A stretch of DNA of 64,000 nucleotides from Eledone cirrhosa (taxonomy: Eukaryota), in the NCBI GenBank assembly GCA_964016885.1, contig OZ024744.1, forward strand, positions 127,658,001-127,722,000, read 5' to 3'. The notes beneath the pieces are model-generated. The model saw nothing but the letters and a program-made list of their open reading frames with translations. It was not told where the DNA came from and ran no database searches. This document shows, one piece after another, positions 38,328 to 49,165 of the stretch. The position numbers and the translations under genes are program-made. Every line of letters starts with the position of its first letter. The first letter of the stretch is position 1.

Positions 38328-41300
38328 TGGGGTTAATTTAAGTTGGGGTTAAGTTAAGTTGGGGTTATGTTAAGTTGGGGTTAAGTTAAGTTGGGGTTAA
38401 GTTAAAGTTGGGGTTAAGTTAAGTTGGGGTAAAGTTAAGTTGGGGTTAAGTTAAGTTGGGGTTAAATTAAGTTGGGGTTCAGTTAAGTTGGGGTTAAATT
38501 AAGTTGGGGTTAAGTTAAGTTGGGGTTAGTTAAGTTGGGGTTAAGTTAAGTTGGGGTTAAGTTAAGTTGGGGTTAAGTTAAGTTGGCGTTAAGTTAAGTT
38601 GGCGTTAAGTTAAGTTGGGGTTAAGTTAAGTTGGGGTTAAATTAAGTTGGGGTTAAGTTAAGTTGGGGTTAATTTAAGTTGGGGTTAAGTTAAGTTGGGG
38701 TTAAGTTAAGTTGGAGTTAAGTCAAGTTGGGGTTAAGTCAAGTTGGGGTTAAGTCAAGTTGGGGTTAAGTCAAGTTGGGGTTAAGTTAAGTTGGGGTTAA
38801 GTTAAGTTGGGGTTAAGTTAAGTTGGGGGTAAGTTAAGTTGGGTGTAAGTTAAGTTGGGGTTAAGTTAAGTTGGGGTTAAGTTAAGTTGGGGTTAAGTTA
38901 AGTTGGGGTTAATTTAAGTTGGAGTTAAGTTAAGTTGGAGTTAAGTTAAGTTGGGGTTAAGCTAAGTTGGGGTTCAGTTAAGTTGGGGTTAAGTTAATTT
39001 GGGGCTGAGTTAAGTTGGGGTTAAGTTAAGTCGGGTTGAGTTAAGTTGGGGTTAAGTTAAGTTGGGGTTAAGTTAAGTTGGGGTTAAGTTAAGTTGGGGT
39101 TAAGATAAGTTGGGGTTAAGTTAAGTTGGGGTTAATTTAAGTTGGGGTTGAGTTAATTTGGGTTTAAGTTAAGTTGGGCTTAACTTAAGTTGGGGTTAAG
39201 TCGGGGTTAAGTTAAGTTGGGGTTAAGTTAAGTTGGGGGTAAGTTAAGTTGGGGGCAAGTTAAGTTGGGGTTAATTTAAGTTGGGGTTAAGTTAAGTTGG
39301 GGTTATGTTAAGTTGGGGTTAAGTTAAGTTGGGGTTAAGTTAAGTTGGGGGTAACTTAAGTTGGGTGTAAGTTAAGTTGGGGTTAAGTTAAGTTGGGGTT
39401 AAATTAAGTTGAGGTTAAGTTAATTTGGGGTTAAGTTAAGTTGGGGTTACGTTAAGTTGGGGTTACGTTAAGTTGGGGGTAAGATAAGTTGGGGCTAAGT
39501 TAAGTTGGGGCTAAGTCAAGTTGGGGTTAAGTCAAGTTGAGGTTAACTTAAGTTGGGGTTAAGTTAAGTTGGGGTTAAGTTAAGTTGGGGTTAAGGTAAG
39601 TTGGTGTTAAGTTAAGTTGGGGCTAAGTTAAGTTGGGGCTAAGTTAAGTTGGGGCTGAGTTAAGTTGGGGTTAAGTTGGGGTTGAGTTAAGTTGGGGTTA
39701 AGTTAAGTTGGAATTACGTTAAGTTGGGGTTAAGTTAAGTTCGGGTTGAGTTAAGTTGGGGTTAAGTTAAGTTGGGGGTAAGTTAAGTTGGGGGTAAGTA
39801 AAATGGGGGCAAGTTAAGTTGGGGTTAAGTTAAGTTGGGGTTAAGTTAAGTTGGGGTTAAGTTAAGTTAGGGTTAATTTCAGTTGGGGTTAAGTTAAGTT
39901 GGGGTTAAGTTAAGTTAGGGTTAATTTAAGTTGTGGTTATGTTAAGTTGGGGTTAAGTTAAGTTGGGGTTAAGTTAAGTTGGTGTTAAGTAAAGTTGGGA
40001 TTAAGTTAAGTTGTGGGTTAAGTTAAGTTGGGGTTAAGTTAAGTTGGGGTTAAGTTGGTGTTAAGTAAAGTTGGGCTTAAGTTAAGTTGGGTTTGAGTTA
40101 AGTTGGTGCTAAGTTAAGTTAGGGCTAAGTTAAGTTGGGGTTAAGTTAAGTTGGGGCTAGGTTAAGTTGGGTCTAAGTTAAGTTGGGGTTAAGTTAAGTT
40201 GGGGTTAAGTTAAGTTAGGGTTAAATTAAGTTGGGGTTAAGTTAAGTTGGGGTAAAGCTAAGTTGGGGTTAAGTTAATTTGCGGTTAAGTTAGTTTGTGG
40301 GTTAAGTTAAGTTGGGGGTAAGTTAAGTTGGGGGTAAGTTAAGTTGGGGTTAAATTAAGTTGGGGTTAAGTTAAGTTGGGGTTAAGTTAAGTTGGGGTTA
40401 AGTTAAGTTGGGGTTAAGTTAAGTTGGCGTTAAGTTAAGTCGGGGTAAAGTTAAGTTGGGGTTAAGTTAAGTTGGGGTTAAGTTAAGTTGGGGTTAAGTT
40501 AAGTTGGGGTTAAGTCAAGTTGGGGTTAAGTCAAGTTGGGGTTAAGTTAAGGTGGGGTTAAGTTAAGTTGGGGGTAAGTTAAGTTGGGTGTAAGTTAAGT
40601 TGGGGTTAAGTTAAGTTGTGGTTAAGTTCAGTTGGGGTTAAGTTAAGTTGGGGTTAAGTTAAGCTGGGGGTAAGTTAAGTTGGGTGTAAGTTAAGTTGGG
40701 GTTAAGTTAAGTTGGGGTTAAGTTAAGTTGGGGTTAAATTAAGTTGGGGTTAAGTTAAGTTGGGGTTATGTTAAGTTGGGGTTAAGTTAAGTTGGGGTTA
40801 AGATAAGTTGGGGTTAAGTTAAGTTGAGGTTAAGTTAAGTTGGAGTTAAGTTAAGTTGGGGTTAAGCTAAGTTGGGGTTAAGTTAATTTGCGGTTAAGTT
40901 AGGTTGTGGGTTAAGTTAAGTTGGGGTTAAGTTAAGCTGGGGTTAAGTTGGGGTAAGTTAAGTTGGGGTTAAGTTAAGTTGGGGTTAAGTTAAGTTGGGG
41001 TTAAGTTAAGTTGGGGTTAAGTTAAGTTGGGGTTAAGTTAAGTTGGGGTTAAGTTAAGTTGGGGGTAAGTTAAGTTGGGGGCAAGTTAAATTGGGGTTAA
41101 GTTAAGTTGGGGTTAAGTTAAGTTGGGGTTAAGTTAAGTTGGGGTTAAGTTAAGTTGGGGTTAAATTAAGTTGGGGTTAAGTTAAGTTGGGGTTAGTTAA
41201 GTTGGGGTTAAGTTAAGTTGGGGTTAAGTTAAGTTGGGGTTAAGTTAAGTTGGGGTTAAGTTAAGTTGGCGTTAAGTTAAGTTGGGGTTAAGTTAAGTTG

Positions 41301-43020
41301 GGGTTAAATTAAGTTGGAGTTAAGTTAAGTTGGGGTTAATTTAAGTTGGGGTTAAGTTAAGTTGGGGTTAAGTTAAGTTGGAGTTGAGTCAAGTTGGGGT
41401 TAAGTCAAGTTGGGGTTAAGTCAAGTTGGGGTTAAGTCAAGTTGGGGTTAAGTTAAGTTGGGGTTAAGTTAAGTGGGGTTAAGTTAAGTTGGGGGTAAGT
41501 TAAGTTGGGTGTAAGTTAAGTTGGGGTTAAGTTAAGTTGGGGTTCAGTTCAGTTGGGGTTAAGTTAAGTTGGGGTTAAGTTAAGCTGGGGGTAAGTTAAG
41601 TTCGGGTTAAGTTAAGTTGGGGTTAAGTTAAGTTGGGGTCAAGTTAAGTTGGGGTTAAGTTAAGTTGGAGTTAAGTTAAGTTGGAGTTAAGTTAAGTTGG
41701 GGTTAAGCTAATTTGGGGTTCAGTTAAGTTGGGGTTAAGTTAATTTGGGGCTGAGTTAAGTTGGGGTTAAGTTAAGTTCGGGTTGAGTTAAGTTGGGGTT
41801 AAGTTAAGTTGGGGTTTAGTTAAGTTGGGGTTAAGTTAAGTTGGGGTTAAGATAAGTTGGGGTTAAGTTAAGTTGGGGTTAATTTAAGTTGGGGTTGAGT
41901 TAATTTGGGTTTAAGTTAAGTTGGGCTTAACTTAAGTTGGGGTTAAGTTGGGGTTAAGTTAAGTTGGGGTTAAGTTAAGTTGGGGGTAAGTTAAGTTGGG
42001 GGCAAGTTAAGTTGGGGTTAATTTAAGTTGGGGTTAAGTTAAGTTGGGGTTATGTTAAGTTGGGGTTAAGTTAAGTTGGGGTTAAGTTAAGTTGGGGGTA
42101 ACTTAAGTTGGGGTTAAGTTAAGTTGGGGTTAAGTTAAAGTTGGGGTTAAGTTAAGTTGGGGTAAAGTTAAGTTGGGGTTAAGTTAAGTTGGGGTTAAAT
42201 TAAGTTGGGGTTCAGTTAAGTTGGGGTTAAATTAAGTTGGGGTTAAGTTAAGTTGGGGTTAGTTAAGTTGGGGTTAAGTTAAGTTGGGGTTAAGTTAAGT
42301 TGGGGTTAAGTTAAGTTGGGGTTAAGTTAAGTTGGCGTTAAGTTAAGTTGGGGTTAAGTTAAGTTGGGGTTAAATTAAGTTGGGGTTAAGTTAAGTTGGG
42401 GTTAATTTAAGTTGGGGTTAAGTTAAGTTGGGGTTAAGTTAAGTTGGAGTTAAGTCAAGTTGGGGTTAAGTCAAGTTGGGGTTAAGTCAAGTTGGGGTTA
42501 AGTCAAGTTGGGGTTAAGTTAAGTTGGGGTTAAGTTAAGTTGGGGTTAAGTTAAGTTGGAGTTAAGTTAAGTTGGAGTTAAGTTAAGTTGGGGTTAAGCT
42601 AAGTTGGGGTTCAGTTAAGTTGGGGTTAAGTTAATTTGGGGCTGAGTTAAGTTGGGGTTAAGTTAAGTCGGGTTGAGTTAAGTTGGGGTTAAGTTAAGTT
42701 GGGGTTAAGTTAAGTTGGGGTTAAGTTAAGTTGGGGTTAAGATAAGTTGCGGTTAAGTTAAGTTGGGGTTAATTTAAGTTGGGGTTGAGTTAATTTGGGT
42801 TTAAGTTAAGTTGGGCTTAACTTAAGTTGGGGTTAAGTCGGGGTTAAGTTAAGTTGGGGTTAAGTTAAGTTGGGGGTAAGTTAAGTTGGGGGCAAGTTAA
42901 GTTGGGGTTAATTTAAGTTGGGGTTAAGTTAAGTTGGGGTTATGTTAAGTTGGGGTTAAGTTAAGTTGGGGTTAAGTTAAGTTGGGGGTAACTTAAGTTG
43001 GGTGTAAGTTAAGTTGGGGT
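33350..43020 (+). repeat. Tandem duplication, 2 x ~4.86-4.87 kb
   Basis: ggaattacg 34836/39710 and ggggtaaagc 35375/40249 (+4874); ggggtcaag 36777/41635 (+4858). Confidence 0.82.
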
Positions 43021-43559
43021 TAAGTTAAGTTGGGGTTGAATTAAGTTGAGGTTAAGTTAATTTGGGGTTAAGTTAAGTTGGGGTTACGTTAAGTTGGGGG
43101 TAAGATAAGTTGGGGCTAAGTTAAGTTGGGGCTAAGTCAAGTTGGGGTTAAGTCAAGTTGAGGTTAACTTAAGTTGGGGTTAAGTTAAGTTGGGGTTAAG
43201 TTAAGTTGGGGTTAAGGTAAGTTGGTGTTAAGTTAAGTTGGGGCTAAGTTAAGTTGGGGCTAAGTTAAGTTGGGGCTGAGTTAAGTTGGGGTTAAGTTGG
43301 GGTTGAGTTAAGTTGGGGTTAAGTTAAGTTGGAATTAAGTTAAGTTGGGGTTAAGTTAAGTTCGGGTTGAGTTAAGTTGGGGTTAAGTTAAGTTGGGGGT
43401 AAGTTAAGTTGGGGGTAAGTAAAATGGGGGCAAGTTAAGTTGGGGTTAAGTTAAGTTAGGGTTAATTTAAGTTGGGGTTATGTTAAGTTGGGGTTAAGTT
43501 AAGTTGGGGTTAAGTTAAGTTGGTGTTAAGTAAAGTTGGGGTTAAGTTAAGATGTGGGT

Positions 43560-44175
43560 TAAGTTAAGTTGGGGTTAAGTTAAGTTGGGGTTAAGTTAAG
43601 TTGGTGTTAAGTAAAGTTGGGCTTAAGTTAAGTTGGGTTTGAGTTAAGTTGGTGCTAAGTTAAGTTAGGGCTAAGTTAAGATGGGGTTAAGTTAAGTTGG
43701 GGCTAGGTTAAGTTGGGTCTAAGTTAAGTTGGGGTTAAGTTAAGTTGGGGTTAAGTTAAGTTGGGGTTAAATTAAGTTGGGGTTAAGTTAAGTTGGGGTA
43801 AAGCTAAGTTGGGGTTAAGTTAATTTGCGGTTAAGTTAGTTTGTGGGTTAAGTTAAGTTGGGGGTAAGTTAAGTTGGGGTTAAGTTAAGTTGGGGTTAAG
43901 TTAAGTTGGTGTTAAGTAAAGTTGGGCTTAAGTTAAGTTGGGTTTGAGTTAAGTTGGTGCTAAGTTAAGTTAGGGCTAAGTTAAGTTGGGGTTAAGTTAA
44001 GTTGGGGCTAGGTTAAGTTGGGTCTAAGTTAAGTTGGGGTTAAGTTAAGTTGGGGTTAAGTTAAGTTGGGGTTAAATTAAGTTGGGGTTAAGTTAAGTTG
44101 GGGTAAAGCTAAGTTGGGGTTAAGTTAATTTGCGGTTAAGTTAGTTTGTGGGTTAAGTTAAGTTGGGGGTAAGTT
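43560..44175 (+). repeat. Tandem duplication, 2 x 305 bp
   Basis: The series ggtg-gtaaag, gggctt, gggtttgag, ggtgct, agggct, ggctagg, gggtct, ggggtaaagc occurs twice, with ggggtaaagc at 43795/44100. Confidence 0.85.
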
Positions 44176-47100
44176 AAGTTGGGGGTAAGTTAAGTTGGGG
44201 TCAAATTAAGTTGGGGTTAAGTTAAGTTGGGGTTAAGTTAAGTTGGGGTTAAGTTAAGTTGGGGTTAAGTTAAGTTGGCGTTAAGTTAAGTTGGGGTAAA
44301 GTTAAGTTGGGGTTAAGTTAAGTTGGGGTTAAGTTAAGTTGGGGTTAAGTTAAGTTGGGGTTAAGTCAAGTTGGGGTTAAGTCAAGTTGGGGTTAAGTTA
44401 AGGTGGGGTTAAGTTAAGTTGGGGGTAAGTTAAGTTGGGTGTAAGTTAAGTTGGGGTTAAGTTAAGTTGTGGTTAAGTTCAGTTGGGGTTAAGTTAAGTT
44501 GGGGTTAAGTTAAGCTGGGGGTAAGTTAAGTTGGGTGTAAGTTAAGTTGGGGTTAAGTTAAGTTGGGGTTAAGTTAAGTTGGGGTTAAATTAAGTTGGGG
44601 TTAAGTTAAGTTGGGGTTATGTTAAGTTGGGGTTAAGTTAAGCTGGGGTTAAGATAAGTTGGGGTTAAGTTAAGTTGAGGTTAAGTAAAGTTGGAGTTAA
44701 GTTAAGTTGGGGTTAAGCTAAGTTGGGGTTAAGTTAATTTGCGGTTAAGTTAGGTTGTGGGTTAAGTTAAGTTGGGGTTAAGTTAAGCTGGGGTTAAGTT
44801 GGGGTAAGTTAAGTTGGGGTTAAGTTAAGTTGGGGTTAAGTTAAGTTGGGGTTAAGTTAAGTTGGGGTTAAGTTAAGTTGGGGTTAAGTTAAGTTGGGGT
44901 TAAGTTAAGTTGGGGGTAAGTTAAGTTGGGGGCAAGTTAAGTTGGGGTTAAGTTAAGTTGGGGTTAAGTTAAGTTGGGGTTAAGTTAAGTTGGGGTTAAG
45001 TTAAGTTGGGGTTAAGTTAAGTTAGGGTTAATTTCAGTTGGGGTTATGTTAAGTTGGGGTTAAGTTAAGTTGGGGTTAAGTTAAAGTTGGGGTTAAGTTA
45101 AGTTGGGGTAAAGTTAAGTTGGGGTTAAGTTAAGTTGGGGTTAAATTAAGTTGGGGTTCAGTTAAGTTGGGGTTAAATTAAGTTGGGGTTAAGTTAAGTT
45201 GGGGTTAGTTAAGTTGGGGTTAAGTTAAGTTGGGGTTAAGTTAAGTTTGGGTTAAGTTAAGTTGGCGTTAAGTTAAGTTGGGGTTAAGTTAAGTTGGGGT
45301 TAAATTAAGTTGGGGTTAAGTTAAGTTGGGGTTAAGTTAAGTTGGGGTTAAGTTAAGTTGGGGTTAAGTTAAGTTGGAGTTAAGTCAAGTTGGGGTTAAG
45401 TCAAGTTGGGGTTAAGTCAAGTTGGGGTTAAGTTAAGTTGGGGTTAAGTTAAGTTGGGGTTAAGTTAAGTTGGGGGTGAGTTAAGTTGGGTGTAAGTTAA
45501 GTTGGGGTTAAGTTAAGTTGGGGTTCAGTTCAGTTGGGGTTAAATTAAGTTGGGGTTAAGTTAAGCTGGGGGTAAGTTGGGGTTAAGTTAAGTTGGGGGT
45601 AGGTTAAGTTGGGGGCAAGTTAAGTTGGGGTTAAGTTAAGTTGGGGTTAAGTTAAGTTGGGGGTAAGTTAAGTCGGGGTTAAGTTAAGTTGGGGTTAAGT
45701 TAAGTTGGGTTTAACTTAAGTTGGGGCTAAGTTAAGTTGGGGCTAAGTTAAGTTGGGGCTGAGTTAAGTTGGGGGTAAGTTAAGTTGGGTGTAAGTTAAG
45801 TTGGGGTTCAGTTCAGTTGGGGTTAAGTTAAGTTGGGGTTAAGTTAAGCTGGGGTTAAGTTAAGTTGGGGTTAAGTTAAGTTGGGGTTAAGTTAAGTTGG
45901 GGTTAAGTTAAGTTGGGGTTGAGTTAAGTTGGGGTTAAGTTAAGTTGGGGGTAAGTTAAGTTGGGGGTAAGTTAAGTTGGGGGCAAGTTAAGTTGGGGTT
46001 AAGTTAAGTTCGGGTTGAGTTAAGTTGGGGTTAAGTTAAGTTAGGGTTAATTTCAGTTGGGGTTAACTTAAGTTGGGGTTAAGTTAAGTTAGGGTTAATT
46101 TAAGTTGGGGTTATGTTAAGTTGGGGTTAAGTTAAGTTGGGGTTAAGTTAAGTTGGTGTTAAGTAAAGTTGGGGTTAAGTTAAGTTGTGGGTTAAGTTAA
46201 GTTGGGGTTAAGTTAAGTTGGGGTTAAGTTAAGTTGGTGTTAAGTAAAGTTGGGCTTAAGTTAAGTTTGGTTTGAGTTAAGTTGGGTCTAATTTAAGTTA
46301 GGGCTAAGTTAAGTTGGGGTTAAGTTAAGTTGGGGCTAGGTTAAGTTGGGTCTAAGTTAAGTTGGGGTTAAGTTAAGTTGGGGTTAAGTTAAGTTGGGGT
46401 TAAATTAAGTTGGGGTTAAGTTAAGTTGGGGTTAAGCTAAGTTGGGGTTAAGTTAATTTGCGGTTAAGTTAGGTTGTTGGTTAATTTAAGTTGGGGGTAA
46501 GTTAAGTTGGGGGTAAGTTAAGTTGGGGTTAAGTTAAGTTGGGGTTAATTTAAGTTGGGGTTAATTTAAGTTGGGGTTAAGTTAAGTTGGGGTTAAGTTA
46601 AGTTGGGGTTAAGTTAAGTTGGGGTTAAGTTAAGTTGGGGTTAAGTCAAGTTGGGGTTAAGTCAAGTAGGGGTTAAGTCAAGTTGGGGTTAAGTTAAGTT
46701 GGGGTTAAGTTAAGTTGGGGGTAAGTTAAGTTGGGTGTAAGTTAAGTTGGGGTTAAGTTAAGTTGTGGTTAAGTTCAGTTGGGGTTAAGTTAAGTTGGGG
46801 TTAAGTTAAGCTGGGGGTAAGTTAAGTTGGGTGTAAGTTAAGTTGGGGTTAAGTTAAGTTGGGGTTAAGTTAAGTTGGGGTTAAATTAAGTTGGGGTTAA
46901 GTTAAGTTGGGGTTATGTTAAGTTGGGGTTAAGTTAAGTTGGGGTTAAGATAATTTGGGGTTAAGTTAAGTTGAGGTTAAGTTAAGTTGGAGTTAAGTTA
47001 AGTTGGGGTTAAGCTAAGTTGGGGTTAAGTTAATTTGCGGTTAAGTTAGGTTGTGGGTTAAGTTAAGTTGGGGTTAAGTTAAGCTGGGGTTAAGTTGGGG

Positions 47101-47809
47101 TAAGTTAAGTTGGGGTTAAGTTAAGTTGGGGTTAAGTTAAGTTGGGGTTAAGTTAAGTTGGGGTTAAGTTAAGTTGGGGTTGAGTTAAGTTGGGGTTGAG
47201 TTAAGTTGGGGTTAAGTTAAGTTGGGGTTAAGTTAAGTTGGGGTTAAGTTAAGTTGGGGTTAAGTTAAGTTGGGGTTAAGTTAAGTTGGGGGTAAGTTAA
47301 GTTGGGGGCAAGTTAAGTTGGGGTTAAGTTAAGTTGGGGTTAAGTTAAGTTGGGGTTAAGTTAAGTTGGGGTTAAGTTAAGTTGGGGTTAAGTTAAGTTA
47401 GGGTTAATTTCAGTTGGGGTTATGTTAAGTTGGGGTTAAGTTAAGTTGGGGTTAAGTTAAAGTTGGGGTTAAGTTAAGTTGGGGTAAAGTTAAGTTAGGG
47501 TTAAGTTAAGTTGGGGTTAAGTTAAGTTGGGGTTAAATTAAGTTGGGGTTAAGTTAAGTTGGGGTTAAGTTAAGTTGGGGTTAAATTAAGTTGGGGTTCA
47601 GTTAAGTTGGGGTTAAATTAAGTTGGGGTTAAGTTAAGTTGGGGTTAGTTAAGTTGGGGTTAAGTTAAGTTGGGGTTAAGTTAAGTTGGGGTTAATTTAA
47701 GTTGGGGTTAAGTTAAGTTGGCGTTAAGTTAGGTTGGGGTTAAGTTAAGTTGGGGTTAAATTAAGTTGGTGTTAAGTTAAGTTGGGGTTAATTTAAGATG
47801 GGGTTAAGT

Positions 47810-49165
47810 TAAGTTGGGGTTAAGTCAAGTTGGGGTTAAGTCAAGTTGGGGTTAAGTTAAGTTGGGGGTAAGTTAAGTTGGGTGTAAGTTAAGTTGGGGT
47901 TAAGTTAAGTTGGGGTTCAGTTCAGTTGGGGTTAATTTAAGTTGGGGTTAAGTTAAGCTGGGGGTAAGTTAAGTTGGGGTTAAGTTAAGTTGGGGTTAAG
48001 TTAAGTTGGGGTTAAGTTAAGTTGGGGTTAAGTTAAGTTGGAGTTAAGTTAAGTTGGAGTTAAGTTAAGTTGGGGTTAAGCTAAGTTGGGGTTCAGTTAA
48101 GTTGGGGTTAAGTTAATTTGGGGCTGAGTTAAGTTGGGGTTAAGTTAAGTTCGGGTTGAGTTAAGTTGGGGTTAAGTTAAGTTGGGGTTAAGTTAAGTTG
48201 GTTTTAAGTTAAGTTGGGGTTAAGATAAGTTGGGGTTAAGTTAAGTTGGGGTTAATTTAAGTTGGGGTTGAGTTAATTTGGGTTTAAGTTAAGTTGGGCT
48301 TAACTTAAGTTGGGGTTAAGTTGGGGTTAAGTTAAGTTGGGGTTAAGTTAAGTTGGGGGTAAGTTAAGTTGGGGGCAAGTTAAGTTGGGGTTAATTTAAG
48401 TTGGGGTTAAGTTAAGTTGGGGTTATGTTAAGTTGGGGTTAAGTTAAGTTGGGGTTCAGTTCAGTTGGGGTTAAGTTAAGTTGGGGTTAAGTTAAGCTGG
48501 GGGTAAGTTATGTTGGGGTTAAGTTAAGTTGGGGTTAAGTCAAGTTGGGGTTAAGTCAAGTTGGGGTTAAGTTAAGTTGGGGGTAAGTTAAGTTGGGTGT
48601 AAGTTAAGTTGGGGTTAAGTTAAGTTGGGGTTCAGTTCAGTTGGGGTTAAGTTAAGTTGGGGTTAAGTTAAGCTGGGGGTAAGTTAAGTTGGGGTTAAGT
48701 TAAGTTGGGGTTAAGTTAAGTTGGGGTTAAGTTAAGTTGGGGTTAAGTTAAGTTGGAGTTAAGTTAAGTTGGAGTTAAGTTAAGTTGGGGTTAAGCTAAG
48801 TTGGGGTTCAGTTAAGTTGGGGTTAAGTTAATTTGGGGCTGAGTTAAGTTGGGGTTAAGTTAAGTTCGGGTTGAGTTAAGTTGGGGTTAAGTTAAGTTGG
48901 GGTTAAGTTAAGTTGGTTTTAAGTTAAGTTGGGGTTAAGATAAGTTGGGGTTAAGTTAAGTTGGGGTTAATTTAAGTTGGGGTTGAGTTAATTTGGGTTT
49001 AAGTTAAGTTGGGCTTAACTTAAGTTGGGGTTAAGTTGGGGTTAAGTTAAGTTGGGATTAAGTTAAGTTGGGGGTAAGTTAAGTTGGGGGCAAGTTAAGT
49101 TGGGGTTAATTTAAGTTGGGGTTAAGTTAAGTTGGGGTTATGTTAAGTTGGGGTTAAGTTAAGTT
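47810..49165 (+). repeat. Near-tandem duplication with 715 bp offset (44 x 16 + 11)
   Basis: taagtcaag 47821/48536 and the rare gttttaag 48201/48916 are both at +715. Confidence 0.82.
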
